Positions 26,456-33,276 of a DNA stretch of 33,276 nt are shown piece by piece (the first letter of the stretch is position 1; every line of letters starts with the position of its first letter). The position numbers and the translations under genes are program-made. This DNA is from Candidatus Latescibacterota bacterium. GTDB lineage: Bacteria; Latescibacterota; UBA2968; GCA-2709665. Under the pieces are notes generated by a model that worked only from the letters and a program-made list of their open reading frames with translations, searched no databases and was not told where the DNA came from. The stretch spans positions 1-33,276 of the forward strand of contig CAXXJS010000045.1 in NCBI GenBank assembly GCA_963662665.2. Direction: 5' to 3'.

Positions 26456-26761
26456 CTACTGCACCGCTTGACGGGGGGCTACGCGTGCAGCGATCTCGCG
26501 GCCCGCCTCGATCTCCGCCCTGCGAAGCTCCCATGTCGTTTGCAGGTTGAGCCAAAGCTGAGGAGTCGTCCCGAAGTAGCGCGCCAGCCTTAATGCCGAG
26601 TCCGCGCTCACCCCACGTCGACCGTTCAGAATCATCGAGATGCGATTCACCGACACTCCCAGTGCCTTCGCCAGGGCGTTGGCCGACAGCCCGAGCGCGT
26701 CGAGTTCCTCGCGGAGTATCTCACCCGGATGAACCGGTCTCATCCCATTCTTCGCGTTCAT
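26456..26761 (-). CDS. higA: HigA family antitoxin (Xre HTH)
   Basis: MRPVHPGEILREE, LAKALGV..NRIS.ILNG and ALRLARYFGTTPQLWLNLQ. Confidence 0.92.
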   Translation of the reverse strand: MNAKNGMRPVHPGEILREELDALGLSANALAKALGVSVNRISMILNGRRGVSADSALRLARYFGTTPQLWLNLQTTWELRRAEIEAGREIAARVAPRQAVQ

Positions 26762-26772
26762 GTTCGCGCCTC

Positions 26773-27051
26773 TCAGTGGTAGTCCTCGATCTCCACGTCG
26801 CACGCACCATCGTCCGTCCAGCGGAAACAGATGCGCCATTGCGCGTTGATCCGAATGCTGTGTTGTCCTGCCCGGTCGCCTCGTAACGCTTCAAGCCGAT
26901 TGCTCGGCAATGCGGCGAGATCCCGGAGGGTCTCCGCGTTGGCCAGAAGGGTCAGTCGGCGGGCCGCCTGATTCGAGAAACCGTGAAACGCCGGGACTCG
27001 CTGCCCCTCGAAGAAACGTCGTGTATCCCGATCTTTGAAGCTTCGTATCAT
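26773..27051 (-). CDS. higB: HigB family toxin (RelE fold)
   Basis: MIRSFKD..T, P.NRLEALRGDRAGQHSIRINAQWRICF and the DYH C-terminus. The toxin lies upstream of the antitoxin. Confidence 0.92.
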   Translation of the reverse strand: MIRSFKDRDTRRFFEGQRVPAFHGFSNQAARRLTLLANAETLRDLAALPSNRLEALRGDRAGQHSIRINAQWRICFRWTDDGACDVEIEDYH

Positions 27052-27322
27052 GGGCGACGAACGTAGCCTCTGTTACGGCCTCCTTCAATGCATCTCACCG
27101 TCTTGCCAAAGGCGTTGATCCCGCCAGTGTCACTGCCGACCCACGTGGACTGGTACGACGATGCTGCGCTGCTCGCGTTAATTTCGGTATGCATGTACGG
27201 ATTTCATCCGTAGATCAATTGAGCGATCCAAAAGCGCGATACAGTCTCCCTTCGGCGTTTGGAATACACCCAGTTCACTTACAAAAATGGCCCCGTGTTG
27301 CCCGGGACCAAGCAGCAAAAAC

Positions 27323-27350
27323 AATATATACAGACGACCGGCTTTGTCAA
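27323..27350 (-). promoter_or_regulatory. sigma70-type promoter upstream of higBA-cysM
   Basis: Minus-strand TTGACA (27350-27345), 16-nt spacer, TATATT (27328-27323). Confidence 0.55.
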
Positions 27351-27463
27351 GCGCAAACGGTGGAAGTCGGCAAAACCAGCGTGCGGCCGTCAGTTTACAG
27401 CTGTCAGCTAACACCGGTTAGCGATATGGCTACGCGGTGTCCATGCACGGATGCCTGGTTTTT

Positions 27464-27491
27464 GTACGGGCGACCGGCTGGTCGCCCGTAC
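27464..27491. repeat. REP-like palindrome
   Basis: GTACGGGCGACC-GGCT-GGTCGCCCGTAC, a perfect 12-bp stem resembling GTAG-class REPs. Confidence 0.55.
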
Positions 27492-27594
27492 GCATACAGT
27501 GATTCCGTCGAGAAAGAGCGGTCAACTGACGGTCGACATCGTTGTCAATTGCCGCTGTCAACGCCGCGAGGGCTGGAAGCCCACGGGTGCGGGG

Positions 27595-27713
27595 ACCTCT
27601 CCCCCCGGCCCCCTCTCCTAAAGGAAAGCGGGAGGAAAGCCAAGAGTCGCCTCGCCGAGACATTGACCAATCACAGTTCCCCCTTCCTTCAGGAAGGGGG
27701 TAAGGGGGTAGGT
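27595..27713. repeat. Inverted pair of C-rich/G-rich repeat units with an internal palindrome
   Basis: ACCTCTCCCCCCGGCCCCCTCTCCT (27595-27619) against AGGAAGGGGGTAAGGGGGTAGGT (27691-27713); palindrome CCCCCTTCCT-TC-AGGAAGGGGG. Confidence 0.45.
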
Positions 27714-27880
27714 CCGGCCCCGCGGTAATACGCGGCCAAACACAAGGGTTGTCTACCTCTCTGCTACGCCAAAGTCAAGTATCAAAGGGCTTTCCGTACA
27801 AAAGATATCGGCGGAAGCCGATAGCGCTTCCGCCGATACAGATTCGGTCTGATTCAGGACTACTGCCATTTCGGCCCGGT

Positions 27881-28630
27881 TTATCCCGCCGCCAATTGAC
27901 CCTCCGCTTCCGGTATCTCCACCTCTAACAATGGAACGTGCATACCGCATTCCGATTTGGACGTGCCCGCCCAGCGGCCCGCGCGTTCTTCGGCGCCGGG
28001 CGCCGCCGGCTGGGTGCAGGGCCGGCAGCCGATGCTGGAATAACCCTTGTCCATGAGCGAATTGTACGGCAGATCATTCTCTGCGATGTAGTCCCACACC
28101 TGTTTCCGCGTCCAGGCGGCAAGCGGATTGACCTTGACGACGGTCCGTCCACCGCTGGTACGGTAGCCTTCCACGACGCTTACACCCGCCCGCGTTCCCG
28201 ATTGATCTCTCCGCAGACTGGCGATCCAGCCGTTCAGCCCTGCCAATTTGCGCTGCAGCGGTTCCACCTTGCGCATCCGGCAGCATCGGTCCGGGTTCCT
28301 GCTGTACAGTTCAGCCCCGCAGGCGCGATCCTGCTCGGGTACGCTCAAGCGAGGGCGCAGGGACTCGATCTGAATTCCATAACGCGCCTCGATACGCTTT
28401 TTCAGCTCCAGTGTTTCAGGAAACAGGTATCCGGTGTCAATCGTAAAGACAGGCAGTTGCGGGACCTTCCTTTGCGCCATATCCACTAGAACCAGGCCGC
28501 CAGGCCCGAATGCCGTGCTCATCGCGACCGTGGGGCCGATATCCCTCCACGCCCACTCGAGCACCTCCTCGGGTCTCATTCCATCCAGTGAATCGGCCAT
28601 TCGGCCGAATGCCTCGTGATCCTGATCCAT
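27881..28630 (-). CDS. cysH: APS/PAPS reductase (CysH), [4Fe-4S]-type
   Basis: STAFG, IDTGYLFPET, CC...KVEPL, LRRDQS..R, KVNPL..W, YSSIGCRPCT, ERAGRW and ECGMH. ATG 28630 follows AGAGG. Confidence 0.92.
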   Translation of the reverse strand: MDQDHEAFGRMADSLDGMRPEEVLEWAWRDIGPTVAMSTAFGPGGLVLVDMAQRKVPQLPVFTIDTGYLFPETLELKKRIEARYGIQIESLRPRLSVPEQDRACGAELYSRNPDRCCRMRKVEPLQRKLAGLNGWIASLRRDQSGTRAGVSVVEGYRTSGGRTVVKVNPLAAWTRKQVWDYIAENDLPYNSLMDKGYSSIGCRPCTQPAAPGAEERAGRWAGTSKSECGMHVPLLEVEIPEAEGQLAAG

Positions 28631-28660
28631 GGCGCAACCTCTACCGATTCTATTTATTAT

Positions 28661-28685
28661 ATTGTTGATCGAATTAGTCAAGAAT
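28661..28685. promoter_or_regulatory. Candidate Rrf2-family operator (IscR type-1-like palindrome)
   Basis: ATTGTTGATCGAATTAGTCAAGAAT, an imperfect inverted repeat overlapping the cysH -10 and predicted start site. Confidence 0.5.
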
Positions 28686-28709
28686 AATTGATCCATCTCG
28701 AGTTGTCAA
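28681..28709 (-). promoter_or_regulatory. sigma70 promoter of cysH
   Basis: Minus-strand TTGACA (28709-28704), 17-nt spacer, TATTCT (28686-28681). Confidence 0.65.
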
Positions 28710-28797
28710 GTTAAAAATTCAAATTAACGACTGTCCGGAGAGCCGGCCGACCGGACCGGGACGGCCGAAAACCACGTTACCGGTTAGCGAAATCGCC

Positions 28798-28826
28798 TTG
28801 ACATGTAAAATGGGATATGATAACTT
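28798..28826 (+). promoter_or_regulatory. Orphan sigma70 promoter with extended -10
   Basis: TTGACA (28798-28803), 17-nt spacer ending TGA, TAACTT (28821-28826). Confidence 0.55.
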
Positions 28827-28885
28827 AGAAGACTCCGAAACAGCCGGGATTTCACGTCATCGTGAAACCATTCACTGTAATAAAC

Positions 28886-28920
28886 AAAAAAGCCCGATCT
28901 GTTTCGATCCGGGCCGTTTT
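28886..28920. terminator. Terminator downstream of tRNA-Lys, possibly bidirectional
   Basis: AAAAAAGCCCGATC, loop, GATCCGGGC-CGTTTT. Confidence 0.6.
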
Positions 28921-28953
28921 ATAATGCAAGTATTTTATTTTGAGAAAGTTAAA

Positions 28954-29025
28954 TGAGCCCGGAAGGATTTGAACCTTCGACCAACGGCTTAAAAGGCCGC
29001 TGCTCTACCCCTGAGCTACGGGCCC
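28954..29025 (-). tRNA. tRNA-Lys (anticodon UUU), CCA not encoded
   Basis: GGGCCCG TA GCTC AGGGGTA GAGC A GCGGC CTTTTAA GCCGT TGGTC GAAGG TTCAAAT CCTTC CGGGCTC A folds into a full cloverleaf. Confidence 0.95.
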
Positions 29026-29079
29026 ATTCCATACCCGGATCAAACCTCGAAAACCGGTGCGCGATCGGGCAAAGTGATG

Positions 29080-29108
29080 AATATAGACAAGCCGTTCTCC
29101 CCTGTCAA
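29080..29108 (-). promoter_or_regulatory. sigma70 promoter of tRNA-Lys
   Basis: Minus-strand TTGACA (29108-29103), 17-nt spacer, TATATT (29085-29080). Confidence 0.65.
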
Positions 29109-29125
29109 GGAAAAGGGATTCCGTA

Positions 29126-30361
29126 ATGATGCGCAGGCGACGCAGGCACCGCGTCCTTAAGTGGGTGCTGTGGATTGCGGGTGTGCTGGCGGCTGTAATA
29201 CTTACCCTGGCTCTTATCGAAATCGACGACGTGGTCATGGCCCAGGGCATTGTCGAGCCCGGGGAAAAAATCTATATCGACTCCCCGCTCAAGCGGGTCA
29301 TCGAAGCCATTCACTGTGAGGCCGGAACGCAGGTCAAAGCCGGTCAGGCACTTGTCCAACTCTACGGCGGCGACCTCCTTTCTGCCGTCGAAGAGGCCGA
29401 AAAGGAGGTCCAGCGCAGCGAAGCCAACCTCGAACACGCGCGGGCGAATCTGGCGCTGCTGAAAGAAAAACCCACCTCGGAAGCGCTGAAAATCGCGGAA
29501 TCCAGAGTCGAGCATGCACGAATTGCGTTGAAGGCTCGAAAGCAGGAAATGCAGAGGGCCGAACACCTCTACCTGGGCGAGCGCCTCTGGAGCGTCGAGG
29601 AACTCGAACACGCAAAGACCAACTATCAACTGGCGGAAACCAATCTGAAAGTCGTAACCGAGGTTCTCAGCCTCACGCGGCGTGGAGCGTCGCCCGCGGA
29701 ACTCAGACAGGCGGCGGCCGAAGTTCGCCGCGCCGGCGCAGCGCTGGATAAAGCACGAAACGGATTGAAAGCGACGCGGGAGAGCCTGGAGCTGACCACC
29801 CTTCGGTCACCCGTAAACGGCATTGTTGCCAGGCGGGACCTGCATCCCGGCATGCTGGCCGAACAGGGTCAGATCGTCCTCATTATCGCCGGCGATGGCG
29901 GGGACGATACAATCGATGCGTGGGTCCAGGAAACCAACGCCTGGAAAATCCGGCTGGGCCACCCGGTCGAAATCCTGAGCAATCTCTTTACAGACCGCGA
30001 GGAATTCGTCGGCGCCGGCGAAATCTCCAGGTTTTACGGGTATGCGGTGCACGGCGGCGGCACACGCACCTTTGAGTTGGAAATTCGCATTGTAAAGACC
30101 CCGCTGCCACTTAAATACGGCTCTACGGCGGATCTGCGTATTATTGTGGGCAGGCGAAGCATCCTTAAAACTCTCCTGAATATCGAAGACCGGGACGTGG
30201 TCCAGGCCAGTCGCCAGGAACTCTCTGACACGCGCGGGCAAGACGAAACACAACCCCCTCCGTCCCGTCAGACCGCACTCGATACAGTGATCACGACGTC
30301 GTCCGGGAGTACCACAACGGCTGATTCAGGAAGGGGAACGACAGCAAAGCGGAATCCCTGA
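29126..30361 (+). CDS. HlyD-family membrane fusion/periplasmic adaptor protein
   Basis: Basic N-terminus plus a single TM helix, AQGIVEP, lipoyl half-motifs (G.QVKAGQ.L and LRSPVNGIV), a long coiled-coil and LKYGSTAD..I.VG.RSIL. Confidence 0.8.
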   Translation: MMRRRRRHRVLKWVLWIAGVLAAVILTLALIEIDDVVMAQGIVEPGEKIYIDSPLKRVIEAIHCEAGTQVKAGQALVQLYGGDLLSAVEEAEKEVQRSEANLEHARANLALLKEKPTSEALKIAESRVEHARIALKARKQEMQRAEHLYLGERLWSVEELEHAKTNYQLAETNLKVVTEVLSLTRRGASPAELRQAAAEVRRAGAALDKARNGLKATRESLELTTLRSPVNGIVARRDLHPGMLAEQGQIVLIIAGDGGDDTIDAWVQETNAWKIRLGHPVEILSNLFTDREEFVGAGEISRFYGYAVHGGGTRTFELEIRIVKTPLPLKYGSTADLRIIVGRRSILKTLLNIEDRDVVQASRQELSDTRGQDETQPPPSRQTALDTVITTSSGSTTTADSGRGTTAKRNP

Positions 30362-30454
30362 CGGTCAGTTGATTAGGTTGCTCTGCAGGCGAGGCAGGCC
30401 GCAGACCGGATGGACTCTTCCAACGGGCTGCTAACATACACGACGAGGAGGAAC

Positions 30455-33109
30455 ATGCCGACCCGGATTTCGAAATCTGAAAAATACGTATACTTCTTCG
30501 GCAATGGCACGGCCGACGGGGACGGTGACCAGCGCAATCTGCTCGGTGGCAAGGGCGCCAACCTGGCAGAAATGTCCCGGATCGGCATTCCGGTTCCCGC
30601 AGGGTATACCATTACCACGGAAGTTTGCGACTACTACTACGGCCACGAGAAAAAACACCCTCCGGAACTGGACAGCCAGGTTGTTTCGAACCTGAAAAAA
30701 GTTGAGAACGCCATGGGCGGACGTTTCGGCAACGCCGGCAATCCGCTTCTCTTGTCGGTCCGGTCGGGCGCGCGGGTCTCCATGCCCGGAATGATGGAGA
30801 CCGTACTCAATCTGGGCCTCAACGACGAGATTGCCGGGGGGCTGATTGAAAAAACCAGAAATGAGCGCTTTGTATGGGACGTGTACCGCCGCTTCATTCA
30901 GACATACGGCGACGTTGTGATGGGTGTGCAGCCGGAAGAGCGGGAACACGATCCCTTCGAAGCCGCAATCGACAGCGTCAAGGCCAGGCGAGGCATCTCG
31001 CTGGATACCGACCTCACGTCGAATGAACTCCGTGAACTCGTGGCCATATTCAAGGATATCGTCCGAAGTCGCGCGGGCCGGTCTTTTCCCGAAGACCCGA
31101 TGGAACAGTTGTGGGGAAGCGTGAACGCCGTTTTCAACTCCTGGAACGGCAACCGGGCTGTCGTCTACCGGAACATCAACGACATTCCGCACAGCTGGGG
31201 AACCGCCGTCAACGTCCAGGCCATGGTCTACGGAAACATGGGAGATGGCTCCGCCACGGGGGTTGCGTTCACCCGCGACCCCTCCACGGGCGCGAGGAAG
31301 TTCTACGGCGAGTACCTCATCAACGCCCAGGGCGAGGACGTTGTGGCAGGAGTCCGTACGCCCGAGCCGGTAGCGAAAATGAGGCGGCAACTGCCCGGTG
31401 CCTACGCGACCCTTGAGCAGATCTACAAGAAGCTGGAACAGCATTATCGGGAAATGCAGGACATCGAATTCACGGTTCAGGAAGGCCGGCTTTGGATGTT
31501 GCAGACCCGGACCGGCAAGCGCACTGCCGCCTCGGCGCTCAAGATAGCCGTAGATATGGTGAAAGAGGGGCTAATCACCAGAGAAGAAGCGATCGCGCGT
31601 ATCGACCCCGCCCAGCTCGACCATCTCCTGCACCCCACGTTCGACCCCGGCGCAACCCGCGAGGTCCTTGCGACAGGGCTTCCCGCCTCGCCTGGCGCGG
31701 CCTCAGGCAGAGCGGTCTTCACGGCCGACGATGCTGAAACAATGGCCGAAGACGGCGAAGAGGTCATCCTCGTGCGCCTCGAAACTTCGCCCGAAGACAT
31801 CGGCGGGATGAACGCCGCCAGAGGTATTCTGACAGCCCGCGGAGGACAGACCAGCCACGCCGCCGTGGTGGCGCGCGGGATGGGCAAATGTTGCGTGGCC
31901 GGCTGCGGCGCACTTTCAATCGACTACAACAACGACCTGTTCAGGGTCAATGGCACAACTGTCAATGCGGGCGACTGGATCTCGCTGGACGGCGCGAAGG
32001 GCGAAGTGATGCTCGGCCGCGTTCCCACACGGAATCCGAAGCTGTCCCGCGATTTTTCGACCGTCATGAAATGGGCGGACGAGATGCGGAAGCTGAACGT
32101 ACGGACCAATGCCGATACACCGGAGGATACGGAAATATCCCGGAAATTCGGCGCGGAGGGCATCGGCCTTTGCCGCACCGAGCACATGTTCTTTGAAGGG
32201 GACCGCATCTTGGCCGTTCGGGAGATGATCCTTGCCGCCGACGAATCGGGAAGAAGAAACGCCCTGGAGAAGCTCCTTCCGATTCAGCGCGAGGACTTCG
32301 AAGGCATTTTCAAGGCCATGAAAGGGTTTCCCGTTACCATCCGCCTGTTGGACCCGCCTCTGCACGAGTTCTTGCCCCACGAGCGCGAACAGCAGCGGGA
32401 AATGGCGCGGCAGATGGGGGTCCCGCTCGGAACGATCCGCAAGAAAGTTGACAGCCTGCATGAGTTCAACCCCATGCTGGGGCATCGGGGCTGCCGCCTG
32501 GGTGTTACCTATCCTGAAATATACGAAATGCAGGCGCGCGCCATTTTTGAAGCGGCCGTCAACGCGCGCAGGCGGCGGATAAAGGTTATTCCCGAGATCA
32601 TGATTCCCCTGGTGGGGACCGTTAAGGAGTTCACCGAACTCCGGAAGATCGTCGACCGTGTCGCTGGCGAGGTTATGGGAGGGGGCAGAATCAAAATCGA
32701 CTATCTCGTCGGCACCATGATCGAGATTCCCCGCGCGGCTCTGGTGGCAGGCGCCATTGCGGAATCCGCCGATTTCTTCAGCTTCGGTACGAACGACCTC
32801 ACCCAGATGACCTTCGGTTATTCGCGCGATGACGCCGGCAAATTCCTTCCCGCATACGTCGAACAGGGCATCCTGGAACACGACCCCTTCCTGAGTCTGG
32901 ACCAGCAAGGCGTGGGGCAACTGGTGGCTATCGGAACGGAACACGGGCGTTCGGCGCGCAAATCGCTGAAAGTGGGCATCTGCGGGGAACACGGCGGCGA
33001 TCCGGAATCCGTTAAATTCTGCCACCGAATCGGCCTGGACTACGTCTCCTGCTCCCCATACCGGTTACCCATCGCCCGCCTGGCCGCCGCACAGGCAGCC
33101 ATCGAATAG
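30455..33109 (+). CDS. ppdK: Pyruvate, phosphate dikinase
   Basis: KYVYFFG, LLGGKGANLAEM, SVRSGARVSMPGMM, phospho-His in GG.TSHAAVVARG, GIGLCRTEHMFF, NPMLGHRGCR and GICGEHGG. RBS GAGGAGG precedes ATG 30455. Confidence 0.97.
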   Translation: MPTRISKSEKYVYFFGNGTADGDGDQRNLLGGKGANLAEMSRIGIPVPAGYTITTEVCDYYYGHEKKHPPELDSQVVSNLKKVENAMGGRFGNAGNPLLLSVRSGARVSMPGMMETVLNLGLNDEIAGGLIEKTRNERFVWDVYRRFIQTYGDVVMGVQPEEREHDPFEAAIDSVKARRGISLDTDLTSNELRELVAIFKDIVRSRAGRSFPEDPMEQLWGSVNAVFNSWNGNRAVVYRNINDIPHSWGTAVNVQAMVYGNMGDGSATGVAFTRDPSTGARKFYGEYLINAQGEDVVAGVRTPEPVAKMRRQLPGAYATLEQIYKKLEQHYREMQDIEFTVQEGRLWMLQTRTGKRTAASALKIAVDMVKEGLITREEAIARIDPAQLDHLLHPTFDPGATREVLATGLPASPGAASGRAVFTADDAETMAEDGEEVILVRLETSPEDIGGMNAARGILTARGGQTSHAAVVARGMGKCCVAGCGALSIDYNNDLFRVNGTTVNAGDWISLDGAKGEVMLGRVPTRNPKLSRDFSTVMKWADEMRKLNVRTNADTPEDTEISRKFGAEGIGLCRTEHMFFEGDRILAVREMILAADESGRRNALEKLLPIQREDFEGIFKAMKGFPVTIRLLDPPLHEFLPHEREQQREMARQMGVPLGTIRKKVDSLHEFNPMLGHRGCRLGVTYPEIYEMQARAIFEAAVNARRRRIKVIPEIMIPLVGTVKEFTELRKIVDRVAGEVMGGGRIKIDYLVGTMIEIPRAALVAGAIAESADFFSFGTNDLTQMTFGYSRDDAGKFLPAYVEQGILEHDPFLSLDQQGVGQLVAIGTEHGRSARKSLKVGICGEHGGDPESVKFCHRIGLDYVSCSPYRLPIARLAAAQAAIE

Positions 33110-33276
33110 CCTAGCCCTGGCGCGTGGGCACCGTCGCGTCAGGCCCGAATGGAACGTCTACGGGGTTTCCTTCCGGCTGCGGTTTCCCCCGAAAATCCTG
33201 TTACGGCATTTTTCATCTGCGACGATTTACCGGCGCGGTCGAGATGGCTTTCCGGCCCCGTCAGGCTTGATTTCCC

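Noticed and set aside
27052-27320. SAM-I riboswitch or T-box upstream of the cysteine genes
   Set aside because: The SAM-I core (ATC.AGAG...GCAACC...GTGC) and the T-box AAGGTGGAACC/GGTGGTACC motif were not found.
27189-27728. 179-aa plus-strand ORF in the higB-cysH gap
   Set aside because: It reads through repeat elements, has no RBS and has a low-information composition.
22226-29025. Genomic island integrated at tRNA-Lys carrying the cys cluster
   Set aside because: There is no integrase, and I found no duplicated tRNA 3' end (att site) at the far side.
30431-33025. 337-aa and 369-aa minus-strand ORFs
   Set aside because: Both are antisense to ppdK and reflect codon-bias shadows.

Overview
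A GC-rich bacterial chromosomal window, mostly housekeeping and metabolic genes. Left to right: dut, ispH and a convergent M16 peptidase pair (one active, one without HXXEH). Next is a lysine-riboswitch-led run of dapA, GTP-dependent PEPCK (pckG), dapB and a 646-aa atypical transaldolase-fold protein, then an M20D amidohydrolase coupled to a YbdK-type ligase. These are followed by UMP kinase-purD-purE (minus strand), four NAD(P)-dependent oxidoreductases, an FKBP lipoprotein and rpsT. A minus-strand sulfur/cysteine cluster (cysH ... cysM, JAB protease, sulfur carrier, Rrf2, cysK) is interrupted by higBA and a higA'/mcrC' remnant. The window ends with tRNA-Lys(UUU), an orphan HlyD-like protein and ppdK. 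Intergenic regions hold two multi-copy MITE-like families, REP-like palindromes, several near-consensus sigma70 promoters, a candidate Rrf2 operator and a candidate ~90-nt sRNA. The best candidate for an undescribed system is the lysine-riboswitch operon, which embeds PEPCK and a Schiff-base aldolase-fold protein that appears to lack the acid/base residues of both transaldolase and FSA. All calls come from reading motifs by eye; no searches were run.
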